Notes under the pieces: generated by a model
What the model was told of the DNA's origin: nothing
What the model saw: the letters and a program-made list of their open reading frames with translations, nothing else
Database searches by the model: none
In this document: piece by piece, positions 19,001 through 26,641 of the stretch
Position numbering within the stretch: the first letter of the stretch is position 1
Layout: the number at the start of each line of letters is the position of its first letter
Position numbers and translations under genes: made by a program
Source of the DNA: Gammaproteobacteria bacterium
GTDB taxonomy: Bacteria; Pseudomonadota; Gammaproteobacteria; Ga0077536
Assembly (NCBI GenBank): GCA_963662545.2
Contig: CAXXLL010000003.1
Span: 416,001-480,000, forward strand
DNA: 64,000 nucleotides
Direction: 5' to 3'

Positions 19001-20938
19001 CTGACACTGCAGGCACAAAGGCGACAGGCACTCATCGAGGAACAGAGACAACGCGTTGCCGTTTCAAAACGCGATATCAAGGCGTTGCTGCAAGACCCGG
19101 TCGGGGACCGGTCCTGGCGGTTCGCCATCAATCAGAAAATGGCGATCATCACCGCCGAGGGTGAGCCCAACGACCCCTGGCTCGCAGAGATCGGGCCGCA
19201 GATCGCCAAGACCTTCATCGAACAAGCCACCGCGATGCGTAGTCAACAGCGTTTTGCCGAAGGTGCAAACCTGCTGGGCGCGGCGGAGCGTTACGCACCC
19301 GATTCGCCCGGACTGGCTGCCGAGCGCGAAGCGTTGGCGGCCGCCAGCGAAGCCTTCGAGCGCGAACAGGCCGAGCAGCAACGCCTGGCACGCATCGACG
19401 GCCTCAAGCAGACTTTCAAGTCCCAGGCCCTGGCCAACGACGTCGCGAACGCCTCGAAGACGCTCGATGCGCTCAAGCAGGAACTCGGCGAAACGGAAGA
19501 CGCCTTCCTCACCAGTGAGGCGCCACGCCTACTGGCCAACGCTTATTACAAGCTCGCGACTATTCGCGCGACGCGGCAGGATTACTCCGCCGCCCTGCGC
19601 TTCGCCGAAGCGTGCGCAAAGCTGCAGCCGCAGAGTCAGGAATGCCGGCTCGCCGTGCGTGAATATAGGGTGGGCGGTCACAGCGAAGACCTCGCGAAGA
19701 TCTTCAAATCAGGCAGCAACTTCGACATCAGCGAGGTCTACCGCAAGATCTCCGAGGTCCAGATCCTCGACCCCGGCGTGTTCAGCAATTTTGAAAATCC
19801 GTGGGCTCAGGGCGTCGCTGCGCGGCTCAAAAGTTTAAAGGACGAAGCCGGAGCAGGCGCCAACGAATTTATCCAACGCGCCAAGGAAATCTTCGTAGGC
19901 AATCCGATGATCGCGGCGATTGCACCGGTGCAACTTACGGTCGCCGCCTCACAATATGCCGGCGCCATCACCGCAGCCATCGCCGCGGCAAAACTCAGCG
20001 AAGCACGCAAGCTCATCAAGGAGGCTAATAAGAACGAAGCGCAGCATCCGGACATCGTGCGCTTAAAGGGTGCCTATAACGCCCGCGTGCGTGAGGCCAA
20101 GACGCTCTACGAAACCTACCAGGCGCAGTATGGAGACAAGGATTACGACACGGCGCTGACCACGATTCAAGACTCGCTTAAGGTATGGTCCGACAGTTCG
20201 ACGTTCAAGAAGGAATACGCCCGCGTGGTCGCTAAAATAAGCGCGGCCGCGCCCGCGGGCGGTGCGGTCGCCGCGGATTGGAAGCCGCCGCCCCCACTGC
20301 CGCCGACTGATCCTTGCGTAAGTAAGCTCGCGGGGCATGGAAAACGTAAGAAGGGACAGTGCTTCTACTATCTGGCCGGCAATCAGCGTGGTCCGACCAT
20401 GGTCGTAATACCCGCCGGCGAGAGCTTCGATAAGCCCTTTGCGATCGGCAAGTACGAGATCATGGTGGGCGACTACAACCGCTACTGTAATTTGAGCCGC
20501 CAGTGCGAAGCGGTGAAAGCGCAGAGCGCACGCCTGCCGATCACGGGGATTACGCTCGAGCAGGCACAGGCCTATATCGCATGGCTGTCGGAGCGCACAG
20601 AAAAGACCTACCGGCTGCCGACGGCCTCTGAGTGGACTTACGCTGCGCAAGCAGGCGGCGATCAGCCGAAGAAAGATTACAACTGCCGGGTGGAACAGGG
20701 TGGCCAGGTGCTCAAGGGCCAGGGCACGATGGGGGTGAATACCGGCAAGGCCAACGGCTGGGGCTTGTACAATTACGTTGGCAACGTGCAGGAGTGGGTG
20801 CAGACGGAAAACGGCGTGATCGTTCGCGGCGGCGCCTTCGAGGACTCCTTCAGCAAGTGTGCCATTACCCTGGAGAAGCCGCACGAAGGCGGGGCTGACG
20901 GGTCGACCGGTTTCCGCGTGCTGCAGGAGTTGGGCTGA
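16034..20938 (+). CDS. Membrane Ser/Thr protein kinase with long extracytoplasmic helical region and C-terminal FGE-sulfatase (SUMF1-like) domain
   Basis: Kinase motifs LGVGGMGSV, VALKVL, HSDFKPGN, DFGIA, TPAYAS; TM segment (FIMVPAVAVLLLAVGLFPIL); FGE motifs FAIGKYEI, YRLPTASEW, NGWGLYNYVGNVQEW, RGG, GFRV. Confidence 0.92.
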   Translation: MADFKTTLQKLARGDIEFETVAKNIDKLLSKKPQAAVAIMDQLKQAVVEELIDAETYARIKTRIAGHVEAAPLGAAEDDARTEFAGADETQVLESPDDATEIIDITGASTQAPPSGQTTGIDFDLTSDAGSTSASWPTDGSQTGATGTDWAQPGEAAGATQIAPGAVLRGRFQLDSILGVGGMGSVFLASDLIKVRAKDKHPRVALKVLNEDFKEHPDSFIALQREASRQQKLAHPNIATVYDFDQTEDGLAFLVMELLEGEALNDFIKKVVRKKGGLPFEEALPMVHGLGAALVYAHEHNIVHSDFKPGNCFITKAGQMKVLDFGIARAVKNPGAAEGETTIFDPGKLGALTPAYASVEMLEGEEPDTRDDIYALACVAYELLTGKHPFNKIPANKALASGLAPEPIKGMTRKQWRGLERGLAFKREDRSQNTAQFLEEFEGATSPFKNPFIMVPAVAVLLLAVGLFPILGYLDEQDTQARIALAQSSDPANIQAVLDQIDAEGDDLDPEKRDRILTGAKNSILAYFDKSARDRIDVANGQYDFIGAELILSTVKENYTILADSSVLLKLGEDISDGKNRLFAEQFDKFNTALEEGSLLDVEGENDIHDAMAIVGRVDPEHPMLKDRRIPGAFAVAINQALENQDFDYADDLSSVGLGLVESVNLTNLTDKIGGARERAEATASILAAIAAIQEAVDSGEGLAGYLKVQDSIADLAALDPGNELLGILVKDIQPRATKDLAALENSKDWSKSELMLGDYSRMLRSLGLHDQNARTSTLREEFTGEVSDRTVDITTAVAAGELTPQADQLLAQLATIAPRNERTLDASDQGALAHLRAAQNARDQGNLGAGTIAIESARKAAPGEHVLALIEDEAAILGAEAALDDAGRSAAMAERRGEFDAAYQFVSEDVNALESDPEAFALAFDGINHLRGLNPTDGRVEQLASTMATQVEQGAGQLSEAKAWDNAVALMREGLVNLPQSTQLSDQLLTLQAQRRQALIEEQRQRVAVSKRDIKALLQDPVGDRSWRFAINQKMAIITAEGEPNDPWLAEIGPQIAKTFIEQATAMRSQQRFAEGANLLGAAERYAPDSPGLAAEREALAAASEAFEREQAEQQRLARIDGLKQTFKSQALANDVANASKTLDALKQELGETEDAFLTSEAPRLLANAYYKLATIRATRQDYSAALRFAEACAKLQPQSQECRLAVREYRVGGHSEDLAKIFKSGSNFDISEVYRKISEVQILDPGVFSNFENPWAQGVAARLKSLKDEAGAGANEFIQRAKEIFVGNPMIAAIAPVQLTVAASQYAGAITAAIAAAKLSEARKLIKEANKNEAQHPDIVRLKGAYNARVREAKTLYETYQAQYGDKDYDTALTTIQDSLKVWSDSSTFKKEYARVVAKISAAAPAGGAVAADWKPPPPLPPTDPCVSKLAGHGKRKKGQCFYYLAGNQRGPTMVVIPAGESFDKPFAIGKYEIMVGDYNRYCNLSRQCEAVKAQSARLPITGITLEQAQAYIAWLSERTEKTYRLPTASEWTYAAQAGGDQPKKDYNCRVEQGGQVLKGQGTMGVNTGKANGWGLYNYVGNVQEWVQTENGVIVRGGAFEDSFSKCAITLEKPHEGGADGSTGFRVLQELG

Positions 20939-20958
20939 CGCGCGCGCGGCCGGCTCGC

Positions 20959-22644
20959 ATGAGCGTCGAGACACTTCGAGCACTGTCACGCGCCTACGCT
21001 GCGGGTGATATCGATCGCGAGTCCTATCGCCTGGAGCGGCGGACTTTGCTGGGCCGGATCGTCGCGGGCGAATTCCCCGTCATTCCTTTTTTAGCACCCG
21101 AGCCCGAATCGCCGACGGTCTTTCCCGACGATGATGACGAGGGTGACACCACCCAGGAAGTCATCCCCGGCATCGCGCAACTGCAGACGACGACGACGTC
21201 GCGCCAAAGTGGCGCGCCGATCATCCCGATCGCGATCGTCATCGCCGTTCTCGCCGCCGGCGTTATCGGCTGGCTCGCGACAGACAGCACCGGTGGCCCC
21301 GAGCCACAACCCGGGTCCGAACCTGAGCTCGCGCCGCGGGTCGACATACTGCTGGAATTTCTCGAGGAAAACTCCTGGGCGCCCGAGCGCATCGTGGGTT
21401 TAACGCGGGAATGGAGTCATCTCGCCCCAGCCGACCGCGACGAGTATGTAAAATCCAAATCGATGCGGCGGTTCACCGACGCCGTGTTCGAACAAATCAC
21501 CGCGGAAAGCGCCTTGATAGAACTCGGCGACGCCGAAGAGGCGCTCGACGCGCAGGAGCAGTTGCTCGATCTCTTCGATCATTTGGGTGTCTCCAACGAG
21601 CGCGTGATGCGCGCGCGTCAACGGTGGACCGAAACGCGCGAAGAAAAACTTGCCGTCGTAAGTCTCGAGCCGCCCGCACTCGCCGCAGCGGAAGCACCGG
21701 CGGAGGTCGCGGTCCCTGATGCACCGGCGGCGGCGGAGGTGCTGGAGGCGCCGCCGTCGAAGATCGAAACAGCGCCCGCATCCGAAGCTGTGACGGCACC
21801 GCCTGCCAAAGAAGAGACACCGCTCGCCACTGCGCCGGCTGCAACGAGGTCAGCGGAAACGGCGCCGCCCGCGGCCAAGTCACGGACCGTACGGAGCAAC
21901 TGCAAGGCGGAACTCGCAAAGCAGCGGCGTCCGTACTGCATGGATGTGCTCGCCTCGGGCGTCAAAGGCCCCGTAATGGTCGTACTGCCGAGCGGTAGTT
22001 TCGAAATGGGCGGCACGCGCGACGAGGAGATTCCCCGACATACCGTGATCTTCGAGGATCCCTTCGCAATGGGCATGTTCGAAATCAGCGTCGCCGAGCT
22101 CAACCAATACTGCGAAAATGCCGGCGCGAAATGCCCGGAACAGCCCTGGGACAACTCCGCTCTGCCTGCCGTCAACGTGTCCTGGGACCTGGCCCGTGCC
22201 TTCACGGATTGGCTGTCGGAGATCACCGGTGCTGAGTACCGCCTGCCCACGGAGCCCGAATGGGAATACGCCACGAGGGCCGGTACGACGACGACGTATC
22301 CGTTTGGTGAGGAGATCGTCCCGACGGATGCGCGCTATAGCTTCAAAAGCACCGAAACCGAGCCGCTGGCGACGAATGATCGCTCGGTCAACCGCAACGA
22401 TTTCCGCCTTTATCACATGCTCGGTAATGTGCGCGAATGGATGCTCGATACCTGGGCGCCGAATTACAAAGGTGCGCCATCCGACGGCAGCGCGCGCAGC
22501 ACGCCCGGCGTCGACGAACACGTCGTACGCGGTGGATCGTACGCCGATCGCGCCAATGCCTTGCGCTCGGCGGCGCGCCTGCCGCAGACGGCGTCACGAG
22601 GCGATCGCTATACGGGATTTCGCGTCGTACGCGTCATCAATTAG
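20959..22644 (+). CDS. Membrane-anchored FGE-sulfatase (SUMF1/EgtB/PvdO, TagR-like) domain protein
   Basis: TM (IIPIAIVIAVLAAGVIGWL), Pro/Ala linker, FEMGG, YRLPTEPEWEYATRAG, LYHMLGNVREW, RGGSY, GFRVVR. Confidence 0.9.
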   Translation: MSVETLRALSRAYAAGDIDRESYRLERRTLLGRIVAGEFPVIPFLAPEPESPTVFPDDDDEGDTTQEVIPGIAQLQTTTTSRQSGAPIIPIAIVIAVLAAGVIGWLATDSTGGPEPQPGSEPELAPRVDILLEFLEENSWAPERIVGLTREWSHLAPADRDEYVKSKSMRRFTDAVFEQITAESALIELGDAEEALDAQEQLLDLFDHLGVSNERVMRARQRWTETREEKLAVVSLEPPALAAAEAPAEVAVPDAPAAAEVLEAPPSKIETAPASEAVTAPPAKEETPLATAPAATRSAETAPPAAKSRTVRSNCKAELAKQRRPYCMDVLASGVKGPVMVVLPSGSFEMGGTRDEEIPRHTVIFEDPFAMGMFEISVAELNQYCENAGAKCPEQPWDNSALPAVNVSWDLARAFTDWLSEITGAEYRLPTEPEWEYATRAGTTTTYPFGEEIVPTDARYSFKSTETEPLATNDRSVNRNDFRLYHMLGNVREWMLDTWAPNYKGAPSDGSARSTPGVDEHVVRGGSYADRANALRSAARLPQTASRGDRYTGFRVVRVIN

Positions 22645-22689
22645 CCGCATTCACCCTCCGATCGCATGCGGTATTCGGCATGGTGAGAT

Positions 22690-23394
22690 ATGCAGGCTAA
22701 CCTGAATCCGGAAGAACTCGACAAGTTCGCCGACCTGGCGGCCACCTGGTGGGATGAACGCGGACCCTGCCGCCCGCTCCACGACCTCAACCCGTGCCGG
22801 CTCGACTACGTCGCGGCGCGCATGGAATTATCCGGTGCGGCGATCGCCGATGTCGGATGCGGCGGCGGCATCTTTAGCGAAGCTCTCGCGCGCAATGGCG
22901 CCCGGGTGACGGGGATCGACGCGACCAGGGAGTTGATCGACGTCGCCTGCGAACACGCGCTCCAGAGCGCAATCGAGATCGACTATCGCTTAGGCACATC
23001 GAGCGAACTAGCGGCAAGCAATGCCGCCGGATTCGACGCGGTAGTGTGTATGGAACTCATTGAACACGTCCCCGATCCCGATGCGCTGCTCAGAGACTGT
23101 GCGCGGCTCCTCAAACCCAATGGTCTTCTCATAGTCTCCACGCTCAATCGAACGCCCGAGGCCTATGCTTTAGGCATCGTCGCGGCCGAATATGCATTTT
23201 CATTGCTTCCCCGCGGCACCCACGACTACGCGAATTTCATCAAGCCGTCCGAACTCGCGCGTAGCGCGCGTCGATATGGGCTCGCGCTCGAAGACGTGAG
23301 CGGCATGGCTTACAACCCGCTTACCCGGCACGCCCGCCTGCGCCGTTCACCGGCCGTCAACTATTTTGCGAGCTTCAGGCGCACCGGCGCATGA
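22690..23394 (+). CDS. ubiG: Ubiquinone biosynthesis O-methyltransferase
   Basis: ELDKFADLAATWWD, PLHDLNP, DVGCGGG, CMELIEHVPDP, GTHDY..FIKPSEL. Confidence 0.95.
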   Translation: MQANLNPEELDKFADLAATWWDERGPCRPLHDLNPCRLDYVAARMELSGAAIADVGCGGGIFSEALARNGARVTGIDATRELIDVACEHALQSAIEIDYRLGTSSELAASNAAGFDAVVCMELIEHVPDPDALLRDCARLLKPNGLLIVSTLNRTPEAYALGIVAAEYAFSLLPRGTHDYANFIKPSELARSARRYGLALEDVSGMAYNPLTRHARLRRSPAVNYFASFRRTGA

Positions 23395-23578
23395 CTAGCC
23401 CGCATTTCTCACCAGCGTTCGTCGCGAGGTGGTTCAAGGGTGCGGCATGGCTGGCGTTCGCGATCGAGGAACGCGCAGGCGTAGTTGACACTACGTCGAG
23501 CATTCCGACCGAGCGAACGCCAGTCAGGGCGTGCCATTGGGCCGCCGCAGCAGAAGGCTGGTGAGATATGCGGGCTAG
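23395..23578. mobile_element. 184-bp palindromic MITE-like element
   Basis: 22-bp terminal IR with one mismatch (ctagcccgcatttctcaccagc / gctggtgagatatgcgggctag), inner perfect 11-bp IR (23451-23461 / 23513-23523), central hairpin gcgtagttgacactacgt. Confidence 0.8.
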
Positions 23579-23584
23579 AACCTG

Positions 23585-24247
23585 ATGCCGGCGAGATCCG
23601 AACCGCGGGCGATCCTTTTTGACCTCGACGGCACGCTGCTCGACACGGCGCCGGATCTTGCGTTCGCGTTGAACAGCGTCCGCGCTGAAGACGGCCTCGA
23701 ACCTCTGCCCTATGACGGCATCCGTCCTTATGTTTCGCAGGGCAGCCTCGCGCTCACCCGGCTGGGTTTCGAGTTTGCGCAGGATTCAAAAGAATTCGCC
23801 GAACGGCGGCAACGGTTGCTCGACGTTTACAGCGAACACCTCGCCGAAGACACGCGGCTGTTTGCCGGGATGTCCGAGGTGCTGGGGCGGATCGAGAGTA
23901 CCGGGCGGTGCTGGGGGATCGTTACCAACAAGCCCGGCTGGCTGACGACCCCGCTGCTTAAAGCGCTGGGACTCGATGAACGTGCAGGCTGCGTCGTTTC
24001 CGGCGACTCGACCCAGCACGTCAAACCGCACCCGGATCCGCTGTTCCAAGCCGCCGAACAATTGAACACGCCCCCGGCGAACTGCTTATACGTCGGCGAT
24101 GACCAACGCGACGTCGAAGCGGCGATTGCGGCGCGCATGCCGGTGATCATCGCGCTGTACGGCTATATCGCGCCCGGCGAAGATCCGCATGCCTGGGGTG
24201 GCGACGGCCAGGTCGCGGCACCCCTCGATATCCTTTCGTGGCTGTAG
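23585..24247 (+). CDS. HAD-IA phosphatase (Gph/MupP-like)
   Basis: FDLDGTLLDT, VTNKP, KPHPDP, YVGDDQRD; canonical position after ubiG. Confidence 0.9.
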   Translation: MPARSEPRAILFDLDGTLLDTAPDLAFALNSVRAEDGLEPLPYDGIRPYVSQGSLALTRLGFEFAQDSKEFAERRQRLLDVYSEHLAEDTRLFAGMSEVLGRIESTGRCWGIVTNKPGWLTTPLLKALGLDERAGCVVSGDSTQHVKPHPDPLFQAAEQLNTPPANCLYVGDDQRDVEAAIAARMPVIIALYGYIAPGEDPHAWGGDGQVAAPLDILSWL

Positions 24248-24267
24248 CGCCGGACGCGTCTGGCGGA

Positions 24268-25095
24268 ATGCCCCCATCCGTTACCGCGATCGCGTCCGCG
24301 CCCGGTAGCGATTTTTACTATGCCAGCCTATACCTGCCGCCGCGCGCGCGTAGTGCGGTCAATATACTCGAAGCCTGCCGGCGGGCGATCACCCGCATTC
24401 CGCAAACCTGTTCAGATCGCGGCGTCGCTCACACCAAGCTGGCCTGGTGGCGAGACGAATTCGAACGTCTCGGGCAGGCCTCGCCACGTCATGAGCTCAC
24501 GCGCGGCCTGTCTCCGCTGAACGCGGCCGACGACGGCCTCGCCGAAGTCTTCATGGAACTGGTTGAAAAGACCGACGCTTCCCTACAGGAACCCGTATTC
24601 GAGACCCGTGAGGACGTGTTCGAGGCGATCCGCGACCTGCACGGCCCAGTCTTTCGCCGCATGATCCTCGCGGTCGGCGACTGCGACGCGGCAGCGATGG
24701 CAGCTCTGGTCGACCTCGCCTGCGCGACCGAACTCGCCTACGAATTACGTGACCTGCGGCAGCATCGTCGCGGCGGCCTCCTCTACCTCGCCGGCGACGC
24801 CCTCGGCCGCCACGGCCTGCACGTAGAACAGCTACGGCAGGTGACGAATTCAGCGGCACTCGGCGATTTAATGAACCAGGAGATCGAGGATGCGGTCGCG
24901 CACCTCGATAACGCCCATGCGCAACTGGGCAGACCGGCGCGCCTGCGCGGGCGTTTGTTCTGCACGCTCGCCCGCATCATTCGACGCGCCCTGGTACTCA
25001 CACTGGAAGGCGGGTGCCAGGTCCTCGAGCGGCGCATCGAGTTGCTGCCGGTCCACAAGTTGTGGATCGCGTGGCGCACGCGCATCACGGGTTAA
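24268..25095 (+). CDS. Squalene/phytoene synthase-family (HpnD-like) protein, degenerate motifs
   Basis: GSDFYYASLYLP, CSDRGVAHTKLAWWRDE, LRDLRQH..GLLYL, KLWIAWR. Confidence 0.75.
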   Translation: MPPSVTAIASAPGSDFYYASLYLPPRARSAVNILEACRRAITRIPQTCSDRGVAHTKLAWWRDEFERLGQASPRHELTRGLSPLNAADDGLAEVFMELVEKTDASLQEPVFETREDVFEAIRDLHGPVFRRMILAVGDCDAAAMAALVDLACATELAYELRDLRQHRRGGLLYLAGDALGRHGLHVEQLRQVTNSAALGDLMNQEIEDAVAHLDNAHAQLGRPARLRGRLFCTLARIIRRALVLTLEGGCQVLERRIELLPVHKLWIAWRTRITG

Positions 25096-25513
25096 ACCGC
25101 AAGCGTACCCTCAGACGCCGGAACGCGTCGGGATCCGTGCCGTCGGGTAACAGGACCACGCGCCTGACCATTCCATCGTCGAGCTTGAGTGGCAACACGG
25201 TGAGTTTGCGTGTGACATAAGGCGTCGCGGCCAGGCTCGCACTGATCTGGCGGCCATCGCGCAAACTGACCTGCCAACCATCATGGCTGGTCAGTAGCAG
25301 CGCCGTGACGTCATTGGACCGGCGGCGCCTCAAGAGCCACAAACTTACGGCGCCGTTGGATCCGATCGCCGCGATCAAGGCGAGCTGAGGCAAGGTCACG
25401 GGATACAGGAAGGCGATCGCAGCAACGGCTGCCGCGTGCGCGGCGAGAAGCACGTGCGCGAGCTTCGCCGACGGGCGCAGCGCGACGTAAATCGGTCCCT
25501 CGAATCCCGACAT
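25085..25513 (-). CDS. YgfX-like inner membrane protein
   Basis: LRPS N-terminus, two TM helices, LLPD..DPDAFRRLRVRLR C-terminus. Confidence 0.75.
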   Translation of the reverse strand: MSGFEGPIYVALRPSAKLAHVLLAAHAAAVAAIAFLYPVTLPQLALIAAIGSNGAVSLWLLRRRRSNDVTALLLTSHDGWQVSLRDGRQISASLAATPYVTRKLTVLPLKLDDGMVRRVVLLPDGTDPDAFRRLRVRLRFNP

Positions 25514-25633
25514 CCTGCAACCAAGGATACGGGCTAGACCGCCAACTTGATATTACCGGCCTGTGAAAAGATACTACCCCCGCGTCCGGGGACGAACGGG
25601 ATCCGGAATTCCACCCAATACCGCCGTATTACC

Positions 25634-25795
25634 ATGCACGAAAAGAAGCCGGATTCCAGCGCGACTGAAGATCACAAAGACCTGATTGACGGGCGGTCGA
25701 AGACCGACAAACCCCAGGAAATCGGTGGTCCGAAAGGGCTGGAGCCGACGCGTTACGGTGATTGGGAACGCAAGGGCAGATGTATCGATTTTTGA
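25634..25795 (+). CDS. DUF1674 / SDHAF4-like small protein
   Basis: EIGGPKGLEPTRYGDWERKGRCIDF signature, immediately upstream of sdhC. Confidence 0.9.
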   Translation: MHEKKPDSSATEDHKDLIDGRSKTDKPQEIGGPKGLEPTRYGDWERKGRCIDF

Positions 25796-25860
25796 GCCGG
25801 CCGCCGCCCATGCGACACGCCTCAAAATATCGATCACTCGCCTGATAAAACGAAAAATCC

Positions 25861-26250
25861 ATGGCCGATAATCCCCTATCCCCTCACCTGCAAGTCTACC
25901 GCCCGCAGCTAACCTCGGTCCTGTCGATCGTGCATCGCGCGACCGGCGTATTCCTGAGCCTCGGCACGGTGATTCTGCTGTACTGGCTGGTTGCAGCGGC
26001 GCTCGGTGCCAATGCCTACGCCGACGCGCAACGTTGCATCGGATCCATGCCGTCGCAATTAGTGCTCGCCGCCTGGACGTTTTCCTTCTATTTCCACCTG
26101 TTGAACGGCGTGCGGCATCTGTTTTGGGACCTGGGCTTGGGATTCGAGCTCGGCACCGCCTACAGGACGGGTTACGCAGTGCTCGTGCTGACGTTCGTCA
26201 TGACCGGGCTGACCTGGGCCTGCATACTGGCCCAGGGCGGGGTGTTATGA
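25861..26250 (+). CDS. sdhC: Succinate dehydrogenase cytochrome b556 subunit
   Basis: PLSPHLQVYRPQLTSVLSIVHRATG, HLLNGVRHLFWD. Confidence 0.96.
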   Translation: MADNPLSPHLQVYRPQLTSVLSIVHRATGVFLSLGTVILLYWLVAAALGANAYADAQRCIGSMPSQLVLAAWTFSFYFHLLNGVRHLFWDLGLGFELGTAYRTGYAVLVLTFVMTGLTWACILAQGGVL

Positions 26251-26630
26251 ATATGCGCAGCGACTTGAGCCGCGTGCGCGGACTGGGTTCGGCGAAAGCC
26301 GGCGCGCACCACTGGTGGCATCAGCGCCTGAGCGCCATCGCGCTGGTGCCGCTGGGCTTGTGGTTCGTCGTCGCCCTGCTTGGACAACTGGGCGCGAGTT
26401 ACAGCGATACCGTCCAGTGGATCAGCTCGCCGCTCGTGACCGTGCTCCTGATCGCGCTCATCATCGGTACGTTTTATCACGCCCTGCTCGGCCTGCAGGT
26501 CGTCATCGAAGATTACGTGCATGGCGAACTGCTTAAGATCGGGCTCTTGATCCTGATGAAATTCGCCCTGGTCTTCGGCGCGCTGCTCGGCATCGTCGCG
26601 GTCCTTAAAATATCTTTCACCATGGCCTGA
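26247..26630 (+). CDS. sdhD: Succinate dehydrogenase hydrophobic membrane anchor
   Basis: [37 protein letters not shown]; ATGA overlap with sdhC. Confidence 0.95.
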   Translation: MNMRSDLSRVRGLGSAKAGAHHWWHQRLSAIALVPLGLWFVVALLGQLGASYSDTVQWISSPLVTVLLIALIIGTFYHALLGLQVVIEDYVHGELLKIGLLILMKFALVFGALLGIVAVLKISFTMA

Positions 26631-26641
26631 CGGAACCACGC

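Noticed and set aside
20380-22644. FGE/C-type-lectin domains as diversity-generating retroelement targets
   Set aside because: No reverse transcriptase and no template/variable repeat pair visible.
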